Source of the DNA: a virus
Lineage: Duplodnaviria; Caudoviricetes
DNA: 25,799 nt
Reading direction: 5' to 3' (one strand)
Virus record (IMG/VR): IMGVR_UViG_3300038312_000375
Location: 1-25,799 of that record
Notes under the pieces: generated by a model
The model's database searches: none
What the model was told of the DNA's origin: nothing
Seen by the model: only the letters and a program-made list of their open reading frames with translations
Position numbers and translations under genes: made by a program
In this document: positions 8,433-16,610 of the stretch, in pieces
Position numbering within the stretch: position 1 is the first letter of the stretch
Layout of the letters: each line of letters starts with the position of its first letter

Positions 8433-9239
8433 TCAGAGAGTGTCGATGATACGGAGATCTTCGTAGCCGGTCGGCCATGCTCCGGTGGTGCAACAGGCGC
8501 GGAAGCGTTCCAGTGCGGACTTGTTGGAAAGTTCCGCCAGATCCAGCACCTCACTTGTCAGTTTCCACACACCGGAGGAGAACGGCTCGTTCTTTTCCAC
8601 GGCGATGATATGAACCGGGATGTCTATGCCGACAACCTTTTGGATGACCGCCCGGTAAAACGCCAGCTGGTGGATGTATCCGTAACGGCGACAGTCGGAT
8701 TCAAACCAGCGGAGACTGTCGCAGGTTTTGAGATCGACCAGACCGAATTTGGGCGAGAACCAGTCCATGCGGATTTGGCACGGCACGCCGCAGTATTCAG
8801 TGCGAATCACGCCCTCGGCAACACCGGTTGCCAACAGTTCGGATGCGACCGGATGAAGCCACACGCCGGTTTGCAGTTTCAGAATGAAGTTGAAGTCCCT
8901 GCCGGAAACGACCTCCCGCTCCTGCGTCGCCGCCCATTCCGCAAATGCTTTGGTTTTTGAACCGTAGGATTCTCCGGTACGGGGATTGATCGGGCCGTCC
9001 GAAACAACATACTCTTTATCAAAAGCGTTGCGCCCTTCGAGGATCAGACAGTGCGCCGCGCGTCCGATAGTGAATGCGGCGGATTCGTTCTCTTGAATCT
9101 GACCTTGGACTTTTTTGCGGTAGAGAGCCGGGGATTCCCGGAAATCGGCCAGCAAATGGCTCGACATGAATTCTCCGCTGCGGCTGCGGGCGTGGTATTC
9201 GTCCGCCGGTTCGTGAATGATGAAGTCTGTGTTGTTCAT
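8433..9239 (-). CDS. PD-(D/E)XK exonuclease (RecE/DUF3799-like)
   Basis: YHA...SSH.L..F..SP, GRAAH..ILE, R.DW...VDLKT, Y..Q.AFY, AVEK.EP. Start placed at ATG 9239. Confidence 0.9.
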   Translation of the reverse strand: MNNTDFIIHEPADEYHARSRSGEFMSSHLLADFRESPALYRKKVQGQIQENESAAFTIGRAAHCLILEGRNAFDKEYVVSDGPINPRTGESYGSKTKAFAEWAATQEREVVSGRDFNFILKLQTGVWLHPVASELLATGVAEGVIRTEYCGVPCQIRMDWFSPKFGLVDLKTCDSLRWFESDCRRYGYIHQLAFYRAVIQKVVGIDIPVHIIAVEKNEPFSSGVWKLTSEVLDLAELSNKSALERFRACCTTGAWPTGYEDLRIIDTL

Positions 9240-9255
9240 AGTTATTCCCTTCGGG

Positions 9256-9567
9256 TTAGAAAGTGAGTTCATTTTTGTTAAATCCATAATCAATGAAGCG
9301 TTTCCGAATGAATGGGAGATGTTTCGTCTGAATATCATGGTGAGAGATCGCCAGTGCGGAACAGATGGCTCTTTGCGAACAGCCTTCCAACAGCATCGCG
9401 CAGATTTTCTTTTCGAGTGCCGGAAGGGAATTTACGGTATCTCGCACATCCATATCGTATGTAAGTTCGCTTATGGGGTCGCATGTAAGATTGACCGTTG
9501 CCTCAACCATCAACTCCTGATGAAGTCTGCGGTCGATTTCGTCGTCTACATAAATTTCTTTTTTCAT
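9256..9567 (-). CDS. HTH protein (sigma region 4/LuxR-like)
   Basis: SLPALEKKICAMLLEGCSQRAICSALAIS; GGAG RBS; first gene downstream of the 45-bp motif. Confidence 0.7.
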   Translation of the reverse strand: MKKEIYVDDEIDRRLHQELMVEATVNLTCDPISELTYDMDVRDTVNSLPALEKKICAMLLEGCSQRAICSALAISHHDIQTKHLPFIRKRFIDYGFNKNELTF

Positions 9568-9597
9568 TTCATTCTCCGTTGGTTTTGTCTTTTTTTC

Positions 9598-9642
9598 TCA
9601 CGCCGGGTATATATCCAAAGTTTTGAAAAATATTCTCGCTTT
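9598..9642 (-). promoter_or_regulatory. Putative phage sigma-dependent promoter, leftward copy
   Basis: AAAGCGAGAATATTTTTC-N7-TGGATATATACCCGGCGTGA; both blocks are identical to 17975-18019. Confidence 0.65.
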
Positions 9643-9654
9643 CTCAAAAAAAGT

Positions 9655-10281
9655 TCAGAAATAATTTTCCCGGAATGCCCGACGCATATTGGGAAGAGCA
9701 TGACGGTAGAAATAGCGGCGGCAGCAGTATTCGCTGTTGCAAATTTCAACAATGGGAACACCATCCATAATCGCCTGAGCGATTTTTTGATCCTTGGGGG
9801 AAAGGGATGCCAATGCCGCCTTGAATGCTTCTTTTTTTTCCAACGAGAAGAACGGATCATCCGAATAGGCATCGGTCTTTGAACGTACACCCGACGAAAC
9901 ATCCATGACGAGAGCCTCGTTTTCTGTTTCGACCAGCGTTTCGATCTGAATTGCCTGCGATATGACTTGTTGCGTTTTTGTGGCATATCTGCGACGTGCC
10001 CGCATGAGTCCAGTTTCCAGAAGCATTCTGCAAAAAGTCTTAATATCCGATTTCAGCGGATCATATGCTTCAAGTCGCTGAGCAAGAAAAATCGACATTT
10101 CCTGAGAAATATCTTCTTCATAGGGGGCCATCATCGGAAAAAGACGGCTGTTTTCAATGGCAAGACTTCGCAGAGATTCCTGCACATAAGGAATTGCGAT
10201 GATCTCTTCATAAGTCGGAATGAAAGTGGTTGTTTCGACGGCTTCCGCATTGCGGACGGACTGTTTTTTGATTTGAGTCAT
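9655..10281 (-). CDS. Phage-encoded sigma-70/ECF-like factor
   Basis: Region-2-like EDISQE...LEAYDPLKSDIKTFC and region-4-like ALASLSPKDQKIAQAIMDG..IVEI; AGGAG RBS. Confidence 0.7.
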   Translation of the reverse strand: MTQIKKQSVRNAEAVETTTFIPTYEEIIAIPYVQESLRSLAIENSRLFPMMAPYEEDISQEMSIFLAQRLEAYDPLKSDIKTFCRMLLETGLMRARRRYATKTQQVISQAIQIETLVETENEALVMDVSSGVRSKTDAYSDDPFFSLEKKEAFKAALASLSPKDQKIAQAIMDGVPIVEICNSEYCCRRYFYRHALPNMRRAFRENYF

Positions 10282-10302
10282 TTTGACTGCTCCTGTTGGT
10301 TG

Positions 10303-10380
10303 GGAGCGGTCGGGATGCCGTCAAAAAAAATGGAGGTGGTCGGGTGCGCCAATTTTCTGGCGGCATTCCCGGTCATCTCC
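10303..10380 (-). promoter_or_regulatory. Structured leader with alternative pairings (attenuator-like) upstream of the sigma-like gene
   Basis: Segment 10358-10380 is complementary to both 10332-10351 (followed by U8) and 10303-10323. Confidence 0.45.
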
Positions 10381-10445
10381 GTTGTTCGGTGGTATGGTCA
10401 GCTAAATACCTGTAAAAAAAAGAAAGTAGTGGGGGATCAACCCTT

Positions 10446-10775
10446 TCAGATGTGTATGGCGGCCTCCTCTGTTTCCAGCGAGACTGGCAAGCCTGCCTGA
10501 ATTTGAATCTCGTTGATGAATCCGTCGGTAATATCTTTAATGAGCGAAAAGAACTCCAAATGCTTTTCGTTCAAGACGAAGTCTGTTTTGCCCGGCTCTC
10601 CTGTGTGCCTGTGTATTACCGCACCGATCTTATGAAAGCGGAATTTTCTTGTTTCAGGAGCGAGCATGGCGTGTCCGTTCCGGACAGGAATTTTATCCAA
10701 ATGTCCGTAATAGACCGATTGCATTTTGAGAAGGAGAGCCTGGTCTCCGGAAGAAAGTTGTTTGAACGTCATCAT
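10446..10775 (-). CDS. Hypothetical protein
   Basis: Strong GGAGGT RBS; first gene of the leftward operon; ends IQAGLPVSLE. Confidence 0.7.
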   Translation of the reverse strand: MMTFKQLSSGDQALLLKMQSVYYGHLDKIPVRNGHAMLAPETRKFRFHKIGAVIHRHTGEPGKTDFVLNEKHLEFFSLIKDITDGFINEIQIQAGLPVSLETEEAAIHI

Positions 10776-10837
10776 TACCTCCGTATCGTTGATTTTGGTT
10801 ACGGAGATAATTTACGTCTGATGCAAGAGGAAATAAA

Positions 10838-10874
10838 TGAAGGGCCGCTGAAGGGCCGCTGAAGAGCCGGTGAA
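10838..10874. repeat. Tandem 11-bp repeats TGAAG(G/A)GCCG(C/G) x3
   Basis: TGAAGGGCCGC TGAAGGGCCGC TGAAGAGCCGG TGAA read directly from the sequence. Confidence 0.85.
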
Positions 10875-10933
10875 AATTGAACAAGGTTCAAGCGTGCGAA
10901 AAAAAAACAAGCGGCTTCCGCAAAAAGTCCGCG

Positions 10934-10962
10934 GAAGAGCCGATGGCACTTCACGGCTCTTC
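10934..10962. repeat. Inverted repeat GAAGAGCCG-N11-CGGCTCTTC (terminator or operator)
   Basis: Perfect 9-bp arms built from the same motif as the 11-bp tandem repeats. Confidence 0.6.
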
Positions 10963-11088
10963 TGTTTTCAAAGGATTCTCAAATGTAATATATTGATTAT
11001 CAATATGATAAATCGCCGCAAGTTACGGCTCTTCTATTTTGATACAGTAGCGTAACTCATTCTCTATAAAGATACTTTTCATGGCTCT

Positions 11089-12114
11089 TCAGGAAGGAAG
11101 TTTCCCCAGAAGCGCCATTGTTTTTTCCCGGACAGCCTCCACAATGCACTGCGGAGACAATGGTACGGCATTGCCGCCCTGTGACAATATCCACGGGACA
11201 ACCACCTCTCGGGGAACGGACGGAACTGTGAACATCCATGAGAGACCATCTGCTTCCGCTTCAATTGTCTGCCCGGAATGCATCATGCTTGCCAGTGCAA
11301 ATTTTCGTGCTTCTCCTGACAAACGGATTTTCACATTTTCAATCTTCCGAAAACTTACGATATTATCCCGTGTAACGGAGCTGATGATGTCCATATCCGG
11401 TTCAAAAGAGGAATCCAGCATCTCAACTGTCTGAATCCGGCTGATGACAAACGTCCTTGCGCTTTTTTTCAGATGGCAATATGCCTTTATCCGCCATTCC
11501 TTTTCAAAAAGAAAGAGGACATGCGGATCAATAATACGCCCGGTCGGCGGCTTTCCATTTTGCGGATCATAGGTTATTTTCAAACTGCGATGCAATTGCC
11601 ACGCCTCAAATACAATTGGAAAAGTTTGCGAAATGTCAACGGAACTGGATTCGGCAAAGACGATCAGAGAATTGATAAGTGTGGTATCCAGAAAATCCGG
11701 ATTGTTTCCTTTGAGAATTTCATCGACCGCCGCCTTGACACGCTCCCTGAGCGGGTTCGGGAAAACATCCTCCGCAATTTTTGCCCCTACGACGAGAGCA
11801 AGCATCGCCGATTCGGAAAGATCCGCAGGACAGTTGAAATCCCATCCGTGATGCTTCAGGTAATATCCCGGTACACTCCGGTCATAAGCAATCGGACAAT
11901 TAAAATCATTCTTCAGCGTGTCAATATCCCGATAGACGGTTCGCAAACTGTATTTGTCTCTCCGGGTTAAACCGTCGACATGTTCCAGATTATAGTATTC
12001 CACCAATAACGACTCCGGCGTTGGATGAGTGTTCTTTTGCAAGAGAGAAGCGATACGAGCCAGCCGGTGAAGCTGGATTCTCGACATTATGGACTTGTTT
12101 TGCGTCTGTTTCAT
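11089..12114 (-). CDS. WYL-domain transcriptional regulator (wHTH-WYL-WCX, PafC/YafY-like)
   Basis: SLRTVYRDIDTLK HTH, then Y...R.IDP..L...W.IKAYCHLKKSARTF.ISRI WYL domain and WILSQG...LSP WCX tail. Start uncertain (12156, 12114 or 12087). Confidence 0.92.
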   Translation of the reverse strand: MKQTQNKSIMSRIQLHRLARIASLLQKNTHPTPESLLVEYYNLEHVDGLTRRDKYSLRTVYRDIDTLKNDFNCPIAYDRSVPGYYLKHHGWDFNCPADLSESAMLALVVGAKIAEDVFPNPLRERVKAAVDEILKGNNPDFLDTTLINSLIVFAESSSVDISQTFPIVFEAWQLHRSLKITYDPQNGKPPTGRIIDPHVLFLFEKEWRIKAYCHLKKSARTFVISRIQTVEMLDSSFEPDMDIISSVTRDNIVSFRKIENVKIRLSGEARKFALASMMHSGQTIEAEADGLSWMFTVPSVPREVVVPWILSQGGNAVPLSPQCIVEAVREKTMALLGKLPS

Positions 12115-12147
12115 ATTTTTTTTGTATTTTTTCCCGGCTTGTATTTT

Positions 12148-12182
12148 CACTGACATTATTTGGCAGTGTGGTGTGATAAATT
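12148..12182 (+). promoter_or_regulatory. Putative WYL operator plus promoter of the ATPase operon
   Basis: Palindrome CACTGACA-N5-TGGCAGTG (12148-12168); TGGCAG-N10-TAAATT with an extended TG. Confidence 0.6.
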
Positions 12183-12259
12183 ATCTCCGTAACATGAAAA
12201 AATCAAGTCGCGTTATGAAAAATAGCGTCAACACCAACACCTGAACCGAGGACACTGAA

Positions 12260-14128
12260 ATGACAACTGCATCGCATCGGCTGAAAGAACTCCGCATCAT
12301 CGGCGGATTTCTTGACGGATTCACTTACTCTTTTTCCGACAAACTGAACTGCATTATCGGCGCACGCGGAACCGGAAAAACCACGGTTCTGGAATTTATC
12401 CGCTATGGGTTGAACGCTATGCCGTCATGCCCGAAAGCCCAGAAGCGTATCACATCTCTCGTGGAGAGCAATCTTAACGGCGGCCGCATTGAAGTCACTA
12501 TTGAAACCGCAGACGGAATTACCTACATCATCAACCGGAATGCCGGAGAACTTCCGATGGTGCTGAATGCAGATCGTTCTGTCACAGGAATGACGCTTAC
12601 ACAGAATCTCTTTCCTCTGGATATTTTCAGTCAGAACGAGGTGGAGGAAATCGCCGGACAAAGCTCCTGTCAGATGGCTCTGCTTGAATCGTTCAGCCGC
12701 AGAGAGCTTCATGACCTGAACGGACAGGTCAGTCAGCTGCAGAAATCACTGGAAGCCAATGCCGCCGGAATCGTCCCGCTTCGCGACAAAGAGATCCGCT
12801 TGACTGAAGAGTTGAATTTGCTGCCGGGCATCCAAAAACAGTTGAACGGGTTTGCCGCGGATTCGACCCCGGATGCGAAGATATTGAATGTTGCTCATGA
12901 GCAGAAAAGCATTCGGAATATGGAAGTTCAATTTACGAATTCCCTTGGGGAGCTTTATCAGAAAGTTGCCGGCAAAGTCAGAGCATTGAAGGACTGCGTA
13001 TTGGATGAACTTCAATGGAGCAGAACGGATGAGATGCGTAACGGGATCAATTTTGAATTGATGCAGCAGGTCTATTCGGAGGTTTCCGCCAACAATGACA
13101 TGCTGAACAATGCGCTTGCCGCTTTTGTCGCAAAACTCAATGAAAGTTACCACCGGTTTGGAGATTTGAAAAAACAGATGGTTTTGCTCCATCAGGAACA
13201 GGAACTCCAGTTCAGGACAATCGTGGAGAAGGGTAAAGAGGAACAGGTGCGATCCGCTGAACGTCGCAAGGTAGCCGATGAGCATACGCGGCTTCTCGCC
13301 TCTCAAAGCGAACTGGCCGAGGTGCGCCGGAAAATTGACGGCTTGATGAGTGAACGCGGCAGCATGCTCCGCGCTTTGTCCGGGTTGCGGGATCAACAGT
13401 TCCAGATACGCGATAATATCGCCCGAAAAATCAATGCGGTTCTTTCTCCGCATATCCGGGTTGCGCTCACTCATTTCGGCGGACTTGATCCCTACTTTGA
13501 TTTATTGACCGGCGCATTAAAGGGAAGCGCCATGCAGTACCGGCAGGTCGCCGCCGCAATCACTCAGAGAATCGAACCGCAGAAATTTGCCGGAATGATC
13601 CGGAACAACGATCAGAAGCGTATTATGGAAGAATCCGGCATCAACCAGAATCAGGCGAAAATTTTGATTTCCGAACTGAATACGATTACCTTTCTCTCGG
13701 CACTTGAAATAGTGGAACTGCCGGATACTACGAAAATTGAGCTGCGTGATCATTGTGAATATAAGGCCACCGAGACTCTTTCCACGGGACAGAAATGCAA
13801 TGCCATCCTGCCTATTCTGCTTTTGGACAGCGACCGTCCGCTTTTGATTGACCAGCCGGAAGACAATCTCGACAATGAGTTTGTCCATGACACAATTGTC
13901 GAAAGTATCATGCGGATAAAAATGAACCGGCAATTGGTTTTTGTGACGCACAATCCCAATATCCCGGTTCTCGCGGAGGCGGAAAAAATTCTTGTTATGG
14001 AATCCGACGGGTGCGCCGGACATATCCGCCGTACCGGTTCGGTTGATGACTGCAAGGAGAATATTGTCAACATTCTTGAGGGCGGCGAAGAGGCCTTCAA
14101 AAAACGCAAGACGCGTTATGCTTATTGA
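12260..14128 (+). CDS. SMC/ABC-type coiled-coil ATPase (Ppl/TrlF-like ATPase without PHP domain)
   Basis: Walker A GARGTGKT, Q-loop FSQNE, long coiled coil, LSTGQK, LLIDQPEDNLDN, VTHNPNIPV and LEGGEEAF..R..RY. Confidence 0.88.
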   Translation: MTTASHRLKELRIIGGFLDGFTYSFSDKLNCIIGARGTGKTTVLEFIRYGLNAMPSCPKAQKRITSLVESNLNGGRIEVTIETADGITYIINRNAGELPMVLNADRSVTGMTLTQNLFPLDIFSQNEVEEIAGQSSCQMALLESFSRRELHDLNGQVSQLQKSLEANAAGIVPLRDKEIRLTEELNLLPGIQKQLNGFAADSTPDAKILNVAHEQKSIRNMEVQFTNSLGELYQKVAGKVRALKDCVLDELQWSRTDEMRNGINFELMQQVYSEVSANNDMLNNALAAFVAKLNESYHRFGDLKKQMVLLHQEQELQFRTIVEKGKEEQVRSAERRKVADEHTRLLASQSELAEVRRKIDGLMSERGSMLRALSGLRDQQFQIRDNIARKINAVLSPHIRVALTHFGGLDPYFDLLTGALKGSAMQYRQVAAAITQRIEPQKFAGMIRNNDQKRIMEESGINQNQAKILISELNTITFLSALEIVELPDTTKIELRDHCEYKATETLSTGQKCNAILPILLLDSDRPLLIDQPEDNLDNEFVHDTIVESIMRIKMNRQLVFVTHNPNIPVLAEAEKILVMESDGCAGHIRRTGSVDDCKENIVNILEGGEEAFKKRKTRYAY

Positions 14129-14136
14129 GGTGCGGA

Positions 14137-15261
14137 ATGGAAGACCTGTTTTTTCAGAAAGAATCAGAGGATCAGTCTCCATGGCTGGGACGGTATCACG
14201 AAGTTGTTCGAATCAGGGAGTATCTGTCGGAACATTACGGTGATGCCAATGCCACGCAGCGTCTCGCGAAGTTTGTCGACGATGAAGAATGGAAAATTCG
14301 GGAGGAAGTTGCATGCGCAATGTCCTCGATTCCGGAAGACGCACTGCCACTGTTCATGCCGTTGCTTTCCGATACGACATCATATGTCGCATCCAATGCG
14401 CGCTATGCAATGGACCGTCGGAGCGCCTATGCCAAAACCAAAGCAAAACAGGAAAAATACGAATCCGAGATTTTTGTCAACATTGGAAAACTGCGCCAAA
14501 AATTCGGTCAGGAAGCAGCAAAACTTGCACTTGAAGATATTGAAAACGCTTATGAGTTGACGGTCGGGTATGCGGCTCATGACATCCGGGGTATTTTAAC
14601 CCCCATCTGCGACCAGCTGGAAACCATGAATCGTCTGGCCGCAGCCGATCTGCCGTCCAGCAAGCTGATCCACTTTGCCAGGGCAAAACAATTTATCGAT
14701 ATACGGATCGACATGCTTTTCCGCATGATAAATGATATGCAGGATCTCGCAAGAAGCACACCGGGAACGCGGATGCAGGAAAACTTGCGCGATCTGCTTC
14801 TGAGCGCTGTTGAAGATATAAAAGCAACTTTCAACGGAAAACTGCGGGACATAAGCAGAATAACATTCGACACCGACGATATTTCTGTGGACTTGACCAT
14901 TCCGGTCGATAAACAGGCTGTTTCGAGAGCGTTTGTCAATTTGATAAAGAACGCTGTTGAATCTTATATGTCCACGCCGGATATCGCTCAGGAGGGCTGT
15001 GTTAAAATTTCCGCGCAAGAAGTTTTTTCCGGGGTTGAAATCTCCATTGCCGATCATGGAATGGGGCTGTCGGAGCAGGAGCTGAAAAGGCTTCGTTTGT
15101 TCCTGCCGCGGAGCACGTCAAAGAAAAAATCGGGAACCGGTCTCGGAATGGCAATCGCCTATGCCAGAATCAAAGACCATGGCGGCACATTATCAATTGA
15201 ATCGGAAGGGGCAAACAAAGGCGTCACCGCCGTCGTCTTTTTGCCTTACAGGGAGATTTGA
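14137..15261 (+). CDS. Cytoplasmic histidine kinase with N-terminal HEAT-like repeats
   Basis: H-box AAHDIRG, N-box NLIKNA, G1 DHGMG, G2 GTGLGMAI; HEAT-like DDEEWKIREEVA and LSDTTSYVASNA; no transmembrane segment. Confidence 0.88.
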   Translation: MEDLFFQKESEDQSPWLGRYHEVVRIREYLSEHYGDANATQRLAKFVDDEEWKIREEVACAMSSIPEDALPLFMPLLSDTTSYVASNARYAMDRRSAYAKTKAKQEKYESEIFVNIGKLRQKFGQEAAKLALEDIENAYELTVGYAAHDIRGILTPICDQLETMNRLAAADLPSSKLIHFARAKQFIDIRIDMLFRMINDMQDLARSTPGTRMQENLRDLLLSAVEDIKATFNGKLRDISRITFDTDDISVDLTIPVDKQAVSRAFVNLIKNAVESYMSTPDIAQEGCVKISAQEVFSGVEISIADHGMGLSEQELKRLRLFLPRSTSKKKSGTGLGMAIAYARIKDHGGTLSIESEGANKGVTAVVFLPYREI

Positions 15262-15263
15262 TT

Positions 15264-16031
15264 ATGGAATATAAAGCTCTCGTCATTGACGATGATGACG
15301 GAATCTGTGAAAACATCGCCGCACGATTGGATATTTTGGAACACAAGTGCGACAATGCGCATTCGGTCAAAGAGGCAAAAGAATTTTTACGGACAAACAG
15401 CTACAACTATATCATTTTGGATATGGAGATTCCCGCCGAGTTTGGAAAAACACCGAGCATCTCCAACGGAGAGGTGTTTTTGAAATATCTGCGAAGTCGT
15501 TTCCCAAGGGAAAAAATGCCGATTCTGGTCATTACCGCGCATGCGGCGGCGCAAATCAACCTTGGATCCAATGTCGTATTCAACGGTGCTACAGATTTTA
15601 TTCTCAAGCCTCTGGTCAGCGAGGGGGAACATACGCTGGAAACATCCATTGGCAGATTTATCGGATTCGGTGACGGCGCTGCGTCCGGTGTGGAAATAGA
15701 AGGGGACTGGCTTTCCCGCACCCCAGAGGGAAATATGATGAGCTGGAAAACGATTGCAAGAAACGGCAATGTCCGAAAATATCTGCTTGATGCCAATGCA
15801 CTGCGGTGCAGCGTGCTTGACTGTATCTTTTTTCTGCATAAAAAATGCCCCGTCATCTGCCATCAGGACATTATGGACAAGGTCGGCTGGAAATCAAAAG
15901 CTTATTATGCCAAAGAGGGCGGTGCCGCCCGCGGTCCGTTGAAAGGACATGTTGCAGCATTGAGAAAAATGCTGGGGATGAATATAGTATATATGCAACA
16001 TGGAATCAAGGTAACCCAACCGGAGGAATGA
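15264..16031 (+). CDS. Response regulator (REC plus probable OmpR-like wHTH)
   Basis: LVIDDD, ILDMEIP, VITAH, FILKP; C-terminal HQDIMDKVGW...LKGHVAALRKML. Confidence 0.85.
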   Translation: MEYKALVIDDDDGICENIAARLDILEHKCDNAHSVKEAKEFLRTNSYNYIILDMEIPAEFGKTPSISNGEVFLKYLRSRFPREKMPILVITAHAAAQINLGSNVVFNGATDFILKPLVSEGEHTLETSIGRFIGFGDGAASGVEIEGDWLSRTPEGNMMSWKTIARNGNVRKYLLDANALRCSVLDCIFFLHKKCPVICHQDIMDKVGWKSKAYYAKEGGAARGPLKGHVAALRKMLGMNIVYMQHGIKVTQPEE

Positions 16032-16032
16032 T

Positions 16033-16593
16033 ATGGAAATTTTTGCCGCAATTGATATAGAAACAACAGGATTGGATGTCGAACAGTGCGAAATTCTTGA
16101 CATTGCCGTCATTCCCCTGACCACGGATTTTACCATTGACACCGCTATTCCGGAGTTCACGGCACGTATCCGGGCTGAACATCCCGATACGGCGGAAACT
16201 CAGGCGATGCAGGTAAACGGTCTGAATCCGGCGGAAGGAAAGAACAGAAAAGAAGTTGCCGGAGAATTATCCCGGTGGCTGGCGGATTGTGAAATTGAAA
16301 GGCTCGTTCCTGTTGCCCATAATCTCGAATTTGATATGAAATTCATCCGGCGCTGTTTTCCGGTTGAGTCAAAAGTTTTTTCGCACTGCGGACGGGACAG
16401 CATGTATTTAGCTCGTGCGGTAAACGATATTTTCCGCAGGGAAACCGGGGAAGAATTGTTTCCCGGCACATCCCTTCGTGTGGTGCGGGATGTGCTTGGC
16501 ATTGCAGGTGAGCAAACACATCATGCACTTGACGATGCCAGGGATACTGCCATTGCGTACCGGAAAATGCTTGAAAGATTAACCCGAAATTAA
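16033..16593 (+). CDS. DEDDh 3'-5' exonuclease (DnaQ-like)
   Basis: IDIETTGLD, VAHNLEFD, HHALDDA. Confidence 0.92.
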   Translation: MEIFAAIDIETTGLDVEQCEILDIAVIPLTTDFTIDTAIPEFTARIRAEHPDTAETQAMQVNGLNPAEGKNRKEVAGELSRWLADCEIERLVPVAHNLEFDMKFIRRCFPVESKVFSHCGRDSMYLARAVNDIFRRETGEELFPGTSLRVVRDVLGIAGEQTHHALDDARDTAIAYRKMLERLTRN

Positions 16594-16610
16594 TTACAGG
16601 GGACAAAACA

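Noticed and set aside
9564-9986. 140-aa alternative-frame ORF overlapping the sigma-like gene
   Set aside because: Overlaps a better-supported gene and the promoter motif; no recognisable motif or RBS.
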